Assembly: GCA_964016885.1 (NCBI GenBank)
Contig: OZ024740.1
Span: forward strand, 172,422,001-172,486,000
Origin: Eledone cirrhosa
Lineage: Eukaryota
Direction of reading: 5' to 3'
DNA: 64,000 nt
Each line of letters starts with the position of its first letter. The first letter of the stretch is position 1. Shown here piece after piece: positions 25,938 to 37,926 of this stretch. The notes below the pieces were generated by a model. It was given only the letters and a program-made list of their open reading frames with translations. It was not told the DNA's origin and did not search any database. The position numbers and the translations under genes are program-made.

Positions 25938-26884
25938 ATACATACATACATACATACATACATACATACATACATACATACATACATACATACATACATA
26001 CATACATACATACATACATACATACATACATACATACATACATACATACATACATTCATACATACATACATAGCACAAATATATCACGCAACGTACATAC
26101 ATAAACATAAAGTTTTGTAAAAGTGTGTCATATATGAACATTTTACGATACAAATGCCGGCAGATTTTAAATGCCAGGTAATTAAAAGCTAAAATTGAAA
26201 ATTGGCTCTTTGCACCGGTCGCCATCAAAATTCGTACTGCCGAGCTCCTCCACAAAATGGGATCGTCAGCAGCGGAAGTAACCTAGCGAGGTAGTGTAGC
26301 TGTTGCAGCGGGTGTCGCTGAGCACTGTCTGCGGGGCGCAGCCCAACCACTGCCACACCCCAGGCATAGAGCCCATCAATCTCTCTCTCGCCCTTTCTTC
26401 CGTGGTGTCATAGTCTTTGATTTTTGCATCTATAGCCTCTAATTTATGGCATCTATAGCCCTTTCACCTACTTTCCTATACAGTCAGATCTGCCTTTCTT
26501 TACACCCTCTCTCTGTTCGTTGCTTGGTTTTGTTTTTATCCTTTTTTCCTTTTATCTTTTTCTTTCCTATTTCCATCAACATTAGCAGCTATTTATACAA
26601 TTGTGAATTTATTGTCCATGAAAATTGGAAATATACACAGAATTTATTAAAACCCGAACAGAAAACTAATTCCATCCCAATATCCGGGGATATGCTAGTG
26701 TTTTTACGTAAAATTAATTTTAGGTGACGGATTAAACGTACGAATGCATGTCGAGGTAAATTTCCGAGTTTTCCTCGAGAAAGGAATGAGATTAATGTCT
26801 ATGGCACGGGCATTCGCTGTTTGTCCGTTCCCTTGTCACTTCAATTTTGGATTACCTCCTTGATTGTAATTTTATTATGTAAGA

Positions 26885-26966
26885 CGCTGTCTGAAGAGAG
26901 CATGGCAATGGCTTCTACGCTGAATTGCGTAGCCAATGTCGTCCTCGAAATATGTGTACTTCGGCC
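26885..26966 (+). ncRNA. Hammerhead motif with degenerate stem I
   Basis: CTGAAGA(26891-97) gag..tacgc tgaatt gcgta..ctc GAAA tatgtg TA; element ends in (TA)n at about 27090. Confidence 0.5.
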
Positions 26967-27083
26967 TTATCAATAAAAGACTTTATCATCTAAATTTTGT
27001 ATTTCCTTATTCTATAAATACTCCGTCACTCCTGTGTGGAAAATGCACGTTGAGTTCTTGAATTGAATTACCTCAATGTTTTT

Positions 27084-27133
<50 letters not shown>

Positions 27134-27430
27134 AGAAAATGATTTTTTAAAAAGAAATACAAAGAAAAAGAAAAAAAATGTAGCTCAAATTGTTGTTGTT
27201 TTTAAAAAACAACAATTGGAGCCACATTTGTTAAGGCAAATTCAATAAGAACTTTGGAGCACGAACTTGTGCGAGGTTTATTGTACTTATCACGTGACAG
27301 TCATCAACCAACCAAATTACTTTTTTTTAAAAACCCACCAATTTGAACCACTCTTTCCACATAAAACAGAAAGAACTTTCGAATACGAACCAGAGGCGAG
27401 GCAAACCACAAACCCTCCATCTCAATTTTA

Positions 27431-27466
27431 CTTTTGAAAAGCATAAGAACTGTGAAACCGGTAAAG
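27431..27466 (+). ncRNA. Minimal hammerhead, U3-A8 variant
   Basis: ctt TTGAAAA gca-taagaac-tgt GAAA ccgg TA aag; same family as 54920-54957. Confidence 0.75.
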
Positions 27467-27492
27467 GAAATAAATAAATATTCTTATATGTA

Positions 27493-27675
<183 letters not shown>

Positions 27676-28184
27676 TGTGTATATATACAGTATATATATA
27701 CGCATTGTAAATATATACGAGGAGAGAGCGGGAGGGGATAGAGAGAGCGAGAAAGCGATATGGAAAGTCTGAAGGAAGTATTTGATGGAAATAGAAATAG
27801 AGTGAGTGAGAGAAGAGGAAAGAAAATGAGTAAGAGAAAGTCATATTAGTGAACAAGTTGTATTTATCGCTGCGTATTTGCGTATATGTGCGAGTGATTC
27901 TATAAATATACTCACTGTACGCATACGTAAATGAGACAAAGATTTTCGAGAAATTGGGCCATTGGCCAATAGACAATGGACCGCAGTGTGTGATTTAGTA
28001 CTTAACCAAATAGGTAGTAAATAGCACCTTTTCTGTCACAAGATTACCAAAGATCTAATTCCTCTTTTACTCACTATCTCATTAGATCTCAGAGAGAATT
28101 CGTCATATTCATCGTCATCGTTATCAAAATGATCATCACCATCATCATGTTCATCATCACGTGTTTAGCCATATCCGGCCGTAA

Positions 28185-28355
28185 CATTTAACAATTCCAC
28201 CAACCAGCCTACCCTAGATTATTTTTGCTTTATTTTATCAACTCCAAATGAATGGGAGACAAAGTCAGTCTCGATAAGATTTGAACTCAGATTGCAGAGA
28301 GCCGGATTACCGCAAGATATTCTATCCGACATTCTAACAATTCTGACAATTAGCT
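28185..28355 (-). mobile_element. Degraded tRNA-derived SINE
   Basis: TTTATTTTATCAAC..GATTTGAACTCAG..CTAACAATTCTGACAATTAGCTGC. Confidence 0.65.
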
Positions 28356-28807
28356 GCTTCGCCTTACAGCTTTAAAACTAGCTTAAAATGACTTAGAGCT
28401 TAAACTATTTTATCTTACCCTTTCCGTTCTTTATTTCTGTTCCGTAATATACTGCGTGTCGGTTGCTAACCTCTCGCTCAACTCTTCTTCATTTATAGAG
28501 AAAGGAGCTCTTTAAGTTATCTTTTCTCACAACGCAACGTAGCTCATTCTGAAGATGAGAAAGAAAAAGAGAGAAGTACTTCATGGATACTTTATTTATC
28601 GACCACGGAATAATGAAATGTAAGATTGATTTCGATGGTATTTAAACTCTAAATGCAGAGCAAATACCACAAGATATTCTATTGGATACTTTTACAACTC
28701 TGGCAATTCGATACCTTTGCTTCATGCTCTATCTGCCTGCATTACCATTACTGGAATCACATCAAGATATTCAACCTTTATTCTATCCATCTCTTGTTAA
28801 ATTCTCA

Positions 28808-28871
<64 letters not shown>

Positions 28872-28934
28872 AAACCATGGTCAAAATAATTATTTTGATA
28901 TTTATGAAAAAAAAAAGGAAAAAAGAACTTACCC

Positions 28935-29420
28935 TCACTTATAAGACTGAAGGATCATCACAAGGCTGACTTCAGTATTAGGTCCATCTGTAGATTGCTA
29001 AGTGCCGCTAGAAATGAGTTGGGACAAGCAAATAAGGAAATATTAAGGAACATTAATACGTACGTTAGGAAAAGTACTAATACACTACAGTAATAGAACA
29101 TCACCCCAGTAATATTTTGGCTCAGAGATCTGTAAACCTACAGATCAGTTCCTGCAGTTTAATATGATAGACTTTTACCCATCGATATCAAGACCACTTC
29201 TAGTTGAGACTATAGATTTCGCACGTAGATTTTTCACCACCAATAACTATGAGATACATTTAATTATGCGTTCTCGAAAGACCCTGCTTTTCAATAGAGG
29301 ATCCGTTTGCGTGAAAAAAAAAATGAACTAGAGTATCTATTTAACCTCTCGTTGGGGGATGGGGAGTCATACAATAACGTGGATCTGTGCGATCTTATAT
29401 ATACCCGGTACCCATGGGCC
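28935..29420 (+). pseudogene. PLE RT fragment (same type as 8460-11700)
   Basis: LKDH..ADF..SICRLLSAARNELG..FLQFNMIDFYPSIS..SRKTLLFN; stops and frameshifts. Confidence 0.7.
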
Positions 29421-30259
29421 TTGTTTACCTTTAAAATGTGAGGGGGAACAAAGCAATATTTGTTAATTCTTAAAGGAGTATGTTAGTATTGCTTATGGTG
29501 CCTTTCTCAGACCCTATCACATAAGTAAAATTTTACGAAAATTAAAATTTATATATTCAAATGAAGTTCAGATATAAAATAAATAAGCTTAAAAAGAATT
29601 TATTATATCAAATAAATAAATTTTTTAATTTTTAGCAAATGGATGTAAATATCGAACGAACAAAATTCAATACTGATTGCAACTTAGTTTCTATATATAT
29701 TCATATAAATATATGCACATAAATAAACATGTAAACATATGTATTATACATATGTATGACTTGTTAGTGGGATTTTCTTTCTTTTTTAATTGGAAAAAAA
29801 TATGGGGGACAAAAGACGTTTTGTCCACCGTTCCTGAAAAAGTGTTGGTGGTGGGTGGGGGAGACTTGTCCCCTGGTACCCCCCTCAAACAAGGCCATTG
29901 CCGGTACCTAGTGAAATCAAGAGTCCTCAAACACAGTGTGGACGACAACGATGACCTGACTCTCACACAGGATTGTATTGGTCTCGTATTAGACTCCTTC
30001 CGTAAAAACCTAATATTCCTCCACAACACAAATACACAACCGCTGCAATATCAAAGAAAATAATACTTTCCTTTCCTCTGTGTAGCCTTAGATACCAATC
30101 AGTTTAAATATTCTGAATTACTACATAGGCTAGTCTGCATTATCACAGATGATTTCTGCTGGTGATCAATTATTTACAACTAAGCAATTAGTTTAAATAT
30201 TCTGAATTTCTACATAGGTTAGTCTGCATTATCACAGATGATTTCTGCTCCCACACACC

Positions 30260-30670
30260 AAATGAATCTCGACTACATTCAGAAGAAAGCCATCCAAGTG
30301 ATTTGCATGAACTCACTCACCATTACACTGCGACCGATACTCCACAGATGTGCCTCACTCTTCCCTCTATGACACTTTTATTGATACTACAACGCTCTCT
30401 GCTCCACCGAGAAATCTTGCTGCTCACTAAATTCACCCAAGCTATTTCGTCATACCATTTCTACCCCATTTCTTCATTACCCATTATGTATCACTCAGCT
30501 TACGACAAGTATTAGCCATTATACCCAGTCATTGCACTCCACAACTTCAACACATTGGAATCCTCACATGTGTCAACTTGCAGCTGTTCCCGTTGGCTAA
30601 ACATCAAACCTGCCAATCGCACCGGTCTTGGAGGTCCTTGCGAAGATCATGGGCTCGTGGACACATCCTG
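30260..30670 (+). pseudogene. CR1/L2-group LINE RT C-terminal remnant
   Basis: LDYIQKKAIQVI..LT..L..HR....YYN.LCS resembles LDRIQKRA..SLxHRR..YRYYxGxCS. Confidence 0.5.
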
Positions 30671-30711
30671 TTCATCTGTTCAATCGAAATTATAAAGATA
30701 CACACATATTC

Positions 30712-31615
<904 letters not shown>

Positions 31616-31900
31616 CACAATATAATATATATATGTATATAGTAATATATGTATAAATAAACAGAGTAAATTTCGTGTCTAAAATTACGAGGGTAGAGAA
31701 TACCACAAATGTTTTAAATATTTAATCTTAAACATACAGTAGGATATAATTTTATACTGACCGTATCAAAAACATATCATCTCTCGGAAAAGGCTATTAT
31801 TTCTAGCATAACCACTCATACCACGTATAGCGTGAAGCCCCCGAGGGGCATATTTTACTCCTCCGGTTGCTGTTAGGTGTGTTTTGTTTCATTTGATCTA

Positions 31901-31989
31901 ATCTCTCGCTGATGATAGCCTACAGATTATCTGTTGCAAACACAATTGTCAGGGCGAAACAGATTAAATCTCTAATCTGTCCGAGAGAT
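31901..31989 (+). ncRNA. Type I hammerhead with long stems I and III
   Basis: atctctcg CTGATGA(31909-15) ..gcct..agggc GAAA cagatta-aatctc-taatctg TC cgagagat; 8-bp stem I, 8-bp stem III. Confidence 0.85.
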
Positions 31990-32176
31990 GAAATGTTTTT
32001 TGATAGTTTATATAGAAGGACATAGAAAATTTATCAATTAAAAAAGATGATATCAAAGCTAATAATTTCTTGTATCCTGCATTATATTCTCGGAAAACTC
32101 TTATACTCTATATATATTTCGATGATATATATAGCAGTAAATAAAGGATTATGAGTTCATGCAATTGACTTATGTT

Positions 32177-32280
32177 TCGGAGGTTAACTTTGCCTTTCAT
32201 CCTTACGGGGTCGATAAAATAAAGTACCAGTAATGTATTGGGTTATTGCTGGCCTTGTGCCTAAAGTAGAAACAATTATA
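32177..32280 (+). mobile_element. tRNA-derived SINE 3' half
   Basis: GAGGTTAACTTTGCCTTTCATCCTTACGGGGTCGATAAAATAAAGTACCAG. Confidence 0.85.
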
Positions 32281-32355
32281 ACTCCGGAACTTATATCTTC
32301 GTTGAGTACTCCCTATCCCCATACTGAAGTACTGGATTTTACCAACACTTTCTTG

Positions 32356-32410
<55 letters not shown>

Positions 32411-32414
<4 letters not shown>

Positions 32415-33995
32415 TTGCGAGGTTTTTTATATGAAATCGTGTGTCGAAACAATTATATTGTTATACTTGGGGAGTGTCATATTTGTGTTAAATTGCCAGA
32501 ATTAATAACAGAACACACTCACTATTTGGTTGGTTTTCGCTTTTCGCTTCTGTGTCTTTTATATCGGTAATCTAATTTATTCGGTCCTCAATGTTGCCAT
32601 TGACTGACCAACGGTCAAAAATGATACAGATACAATATAGACACAAACACATATATATAGTTTATCAAAGTTCTTTCGTTGCACATCTGCAACATCGTCA
32701 GTCGTGCTATTGTTTCCTCCCGTTGCATTGTATTTTCTACGCCATCTTTATTTAGTCTGTTTATATATTTATTTATTTGTTTATTTTATTTTGTCTTCTT
32801 TGCGCATGTGTTTGCGTGTGTGTATAGTGTTTTGTTTGATGTGTGTTCGTGATTGGGTGGCTGTGTATTGGTTAATGTATTCTATCTTTACTGGTGTGTG
32901 TTTATATGTGTTTGTTGTTATTGTGCTTGTGTATGTATTTATTTATTTATTTATCTATTTATTTATTTATTTATACTTCTCTTAGGTCAGTGTTGTTTGT
33001 TTGGGTGTTGTTATTCCATTCATTTTTTCTGTTTAGCCTTGGCCTGCTAACTTCTATTTCACTGGCCTCTCTGATTTGCCTATCTGCTGGGTCATTTCTA
33101 TGTTTATATATTATTCTAATTTCTATGTTGTCTATGTTACCGTCGTGTTGTTGTCTGGCATGTTCGTATAGTACTGAACCGTTTTTTCGTCCTTTTAGTT
33201 CCCCCCAGTGTTGGTCTATCCTTTCACCTATGCTAGACCAACACTGGGGGGAACTAAAAGGACGAAAAAACGGTTCAGTACTATACGAACATGCCAGACA
33301 ACAACACGACGGTAACATAGACAACATAGAAATTAGAATAATATCTAAACATAGAAATGACCCAGCAGATAGGCAAATCAGAGAGGTCAGTGAAATAGAA
33401 CTTAGAAGGCCAAGGCTAAACAGAAAAAATGAATGGAATAACAACAGCACCCAAACAAACAACACTGACCTAAGAGAAGTATAAATAAATAAATAAATAG
33501 ATAAATAAATAAATAAATACATACACAAGCACAATAACAACAAACACATATAAACACACACCAGTAAAGATAGAATACATTAACCAATACACAGCCACCC
33601 AATCACGAACACACATCAAACAAAACACTATACACACACGCAAACACATGCGCAAAGAAGACAAAATAAAATAAACAAATAAATAAATATATAAACAGAC
33701 TAAATAAAGATGGCGTAGAAAATACAATGCAACGGGAGGAAACAATAGCACGACTGACGATGTTGCAGATGTGCAACGAAAGAACTTTGATAAACTATAT
33801 ATATGTGTTTGTGTCTATATTGTATCTGTATTATTTTTGACCGTTGGTCAGTCAATGGCAACATTGAGGACCGAATAAATTAGATTACCGATATAAAAGA
33901 CACAGAAGCGAAAAGCGAAAACCAACCAAATAGTGAGTGTGTTCTGTTATTAATTCTGGCAATATTACACAAATATGACCCTCCCCAAGTATAAC
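32411..33995. mobile_element. Family B PLE 3' end as a 1.55-kb near-perfect palindrome
   Basis: Arms 32460-33218 and 33234-33995, 15-nt spacer; each encodes the GIY-YIG end (HWGEL..SVLYEHA..H..RQIRE..LNRKNEWN) and an HHR (CTGACGA 33754-60, gttgca/tgcaac, GAAA gaac TT). Confidence 0.92.
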
Positions 33996-34020
33996 TATAT
34001 ATATATATATATATATATAT

Positions 34021-34407
34021 AAGAGTTTTCCGAGAATATCACGCAAGAGATGACGCAATACAGAAATGGTATGCATTGTTGCACAATGCTGCCACTGTGA
34101 CTGACAAATTGCAAATTAAATAGTAGCGAGGTTATAGGGAATATATTCTCTATAATCCCGTTTGCCAATAATTACTCACTCGATGAGATATGGTTTGAAC
34201 AAGCAAGCTAAACTGTCTCAGGGTGGAAATAAAATGTATATTTGTAATGGAACGGTCGTACGTGGTTGTCCCAGCTTCCGGGATTTCTGCAACCATAGAC
34301 TACAAACGTAATTTACAATTTGTCAGTCACAGTGGCAGCATTGTGCAACAATGCATACCATTTCTGTATTGCGTCATATCTTGCGTGATATTCTCGGAAA
34401 ACTCTTA
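34021..34407 (+). mobile_element. Fold-back element with degenerate hammerhead
   Basis: Inverted repeat 34021-34117 / 34310-34407; TCGATGA..GAAA taaaatg..atttg TA at about 34178-34250. Confidence 0.65.
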
Positions 34408-34817
34408 TATATATATATACATACATATATATTGACATTTTTTAATAGGAGTATAAGAGTTTTCCGAGAATATAATGCAGGATACAAGAAATTATTAGTT
34501 TTTATATCATTTCTTTTCATTGATAAATTTTCTATGTCCTTCTATATAAACTAGGTCAAAGATATAATCGTGTTTGCAGGAATAAATACTTGAAAACGAG
34601 CGTAATCTGCATAACTATTTCCGAAGTATGTGGAAGAAGAAATACTAAACACAATAGATATGTTATTTCTCTTGTGAATGGTAAGGGAAATGGATCCTGG
34701 AAATATGGTAGCGATGGTGAAGGAAAACATGTATACTGAATATGTGTTCTTCCTCTCCGGTTTCTGCTCATGTATGAACATATTTGTTTAATGTTTACAC
34801 ACACACACGCGCACACA

Positions 34818-34853
<36 letters not shown>

Positions 34854-34855
34854 TC

Positions 34856-35013
34856 TAAGGCGGGTAAAATTCCCGAGATCCATGGACAAGTTCTCTCCAG
34901 CGGTCTCTGTCCCTCATTATCACTGCCATGTCCTGCGTCTCCAACAGACCAGTGTCTGTCCTTAGGGCATCAACATACGTTAACCTTGGTCTTCCTCTTC
35001 TAGTGTGTCCATG

Positions 35014-35015
<2 letters not shown>
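34856..35015 (-). mobile_element. RTE-group LINE 3' terminus
   Basis: [34 protein letters not shown]. Confidence 0.75.
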
Positions 35016-35063
<48 letters not shown>

Positions 35064-35090
35064 TGCATAATGTATGTATATATGTACATA

Positions 35091-35185
<95 letters not shown>

Positions 35186-35211
35186 CCATATATATATATA
35201 TGTATGTATTT

Positions 35212-35297
<86 letters not shown>

Positions 35298-35324
35298 GTA
35301 TATATTTAGATCATTTCTGAATAT

Positions 35325-36375
35325 TTAGACACCATTTTCGCCCCGTTGGTCGGCAATCTCCCCTCCCACATTCACGATACAAATCATGTCCTTAGACTCT
35401 TCAACTCTTTCTCCTTCCCTGCTGGTCCCTCCCGCCTTCTCTTCACCCTGGTCATCAGCTCTCTCTATACCGTCATCCTTCATGATGACAGCCTTCGCGC
35501 CCTCCAGCATTCTTTAGATTTACGCCCTAACCCTTACCCCAGCACTACCACTCTTCTCGGTCTGGCTGAGCTTGTTCTCACCGTTAAGGGATTTCCTTTT
35601 TCGGGTGAATTTTACCAGCAGGTCTCTGGGGTAGCGATGGGAACCAGAATGGGTCCAAACTATGCCAACTTGTTTGTTGGCTACGTCGAAGCCCAGATGT
35701 TCTCCCAGTACGCTGGACCGACTCCTGAGATATACGGTCGTTATATCGACGACTGTATCGGCGCCACCTCTCTATTACGAGAACAGCTCGAATGCTTTCT
35801 TTCTTTTGTCCAATATTTCCATCCTGCTCTCAATTTCACCGCCTCCGTCTCCGATTCTGCTGTCGCTTTTCTAGATATCTCTCTATCTATTAATCACTCT
35901 CATCACACAATCTCTACTTCCATCTACATTAAACCAAAACTCCCATTGTTACTTCGACTTCACCTCCTCCCATCGAATCCACACCAAACACTCTATACCC
36001 TATTCCCAATTCATCCGTCTTCGTCGACTCTGTAGCCAGGACGACGATTTCGAAACCCATTCCCTTTGCATGACATCCCGCTTCACCCAGCGTGGATATC
36101 CCCCACCTTGATCCAACAAATTATACACAAAACGCCAGCACCAACAGTTTTGCAAGAGATGTCAACATGAATGGACTTGTTGTTTTTATCTAAAGACATG
36201 TTTTCCAATTCCATCTCGCCCGTCCCCTGAATCTATTTTATTTCTCATTCTTTCTTCTGATGAAGGACTAGCGTCCGAAACGTTAAGACCCTCTTCTTGC
36301 TATATCAAGCGTTAACCTAATATATACCTTCCATATACTGTACCGATTGTGTTGTTATTTCTGTTTACCTTTTAC
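35325..36375 (+). mobile_element. Internally deleted PLE (YIDD-type RT, Neptune/Poseidon-like) with pLTR
   Basis: LPSHIHDT, SSLYT, FYQQVSGVAMGTRMGPNYANLF, RYIDD, FLDISL, SIPYSQFIRLRRLCS; endonuclease absent; HHR follows. Confidence 0.85.
36253..36288 (+). ncRNA. Canonical minimal PLE-type hammerhead
   Basis: tctt CTGATGA a ggac-tagc-gtcc GAAA cg TT aaga. Confidence 0.85.
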
Positions 36376-36389
36376 ATATATATATATGA

Positions 36390-36562
36390 AAATTTTTGAC
36401 CCCGACGGCAAACCTCAAGTCGTTTCGACGGCTATTTCTGGTCGAAACCGCTTGATCACTGCCGTCGGATTCAAACATTTTCCTATTACCCACTCTACTA
36501 CCCTAAGTATTGAGTACTCTGGTGCTTTATAGTCCATCTGGTTCCTTACCACACCTCCTTCG

Positions 36563-36563
<1 letters not shown>
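36390..36563 (+). mobile_element. Family E fold-back element, copy 2
   Basis: Two inverted HHR 3' halves (GAAA..gccg TC gg); tail TTTTCCTATTACCCACTCTACTACCCTAAGTA shared with 19178-19275. Confidence 0.7.
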
Positions 36564-36632
<69 letters not shown>

Positions 36633-36637
36633 TATAT

Positions 36638-36808
36638 ACGTTATTCCGGGTTGAATCGGAGGTAACCACAGTAAGTAAGGTACTCAATACATAGCAGAGT
36701 ATAAAAGTTTTAATATAGATGAGATTCTACAGGACTAGAACTGTTTCATTCATTAGAATTCCTGATGATTTCTAATGAATGAAACAGTTCTAGTCCTGTA
36801 GAATCTCA

Positions 36809-36812
<4 letters not shown>
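36638..36812 (-). mobile_element. Family D fold-back hammerhead element, copy 2
   Basis: Palindrome 36715-36812 centred beside CTGATGA(36762-68); attc CTGATGA..GAAA cag ttctagtc ctg TA gaat. Confidence 0.8.
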
Positions 36813-36839
<27 letters not shown>

Positions 36840-36843
<4 letters not shown>

Positions 36844-37419
36844 AACGGAGTTAAAAACTCGCTTTAATACCCTGCAATTAACGAGCTCAAAGTATAAGAA
36901 CTGGGCACTTTATAATATATAGATATAAACACAAAGAAATGTGTTTTGAATTACATGGGTCGGAAACCACTGTGGTGCAATTTATGAACAAATGGAAAAT
37001 ATATAATAACTGGTAAAAATAAATTAAAATGTACTAACCATTTCAATAACTATTAGGCTGCCTTTTCTAGCCGTTTTACGATCCACTCATGCCACTATGT
37101 GCTGTCTGTCGCAAGAGGTTTTACTTGTTCTCTTACTATATATACACCATGTGCGATATTTAGTTACCTAAATTATCTCTAGGTGCGTTGTTCAGATAAT
37201 CCTTCTCCTGTTGAAAAGCCCTAGGATAATGTGACACAGCCACGAATTTTCGACGTAACAAACTCTATCTGTAGTTTGTCCAGGAGTTTAATAATTATTG
37301 AAATGGTTAGTACATCTTAAATCATTTTTTCGGGTTTTTATGTATTTTCCGCTTGTTCATAGATTATAAGCATTGCACCAAAGTGATTTCCCACCCATGT
37401 TATTCAAATCACACTTCTT

Positions 37420-37425
<6 letters not shown>
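36840..37425. mobile_element. Fold-back element with U3-A8 hammerhead (GAAA mutated to GTAA)
   Basis: Diverged inverted repeat about 36920-37056 / 37289-37425; ctcctg TTGAAAA(37211-17)..GTAA caaact..agtttg TC caggag. Confidence 0.7.
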
Positions 37426-37499
<74 letters not shown>

Positions 37500-37502
<3 letters not shown>

Positions 37503-37890
37503 TGGAGCTGCGGCGTTGCAAATGGGTTACATATGAAAAAGTTTGTCCTTCATCAGTGGCCTTCCAACCGTCATAGGCATTTCATCGCTTTAAAGACTAT
37601 ATACCTCAGGTTGGTGCGAGCAACGGCTAAAAAAAGTCGTTGGGACACGTAAATAAAGGGGACGCTAGGGTAAACAAACAAAATTTTTTAAGCAACAGAA
37701 AGTGATGAAGAAAGAGACAAGTCCCAGATTTCTATGAATATAAATTCGGTGAAATCGTGAACGAGATAATAAAGACCATCAAACCTGGTTGGAATGTGAG
37801 CAAGGAAGGAATTTCGCACAGGTCTAACGGGAGGAAGAAGGGGTCTGGTCTGCGAATTCGGTAAACATAAGTTGTGTGAAGTCGCAGACG
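37500..37890 (-). repeat. Unclassified TA-flanked repeat family (second copy 54460-54860)
   Basis: Shared GTCCTTCATCAGTG..CAAC..ATTTCATCGC..ATATACCTCA.GTTGGTGCGA..GGGACA. Confidence 0.6.
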
Positions 37891-37926
37891 AGAGAGAGAG
37901 AGAGAGAGAAAAAATATATATATATA

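Noticed and set aside
32894-33561. Two mirrored 196-aa ORFs as a novel membrane protein
   Set aside because: Consequence of the palindrome: antisense low-complexity text fused to the GIY-YIG end
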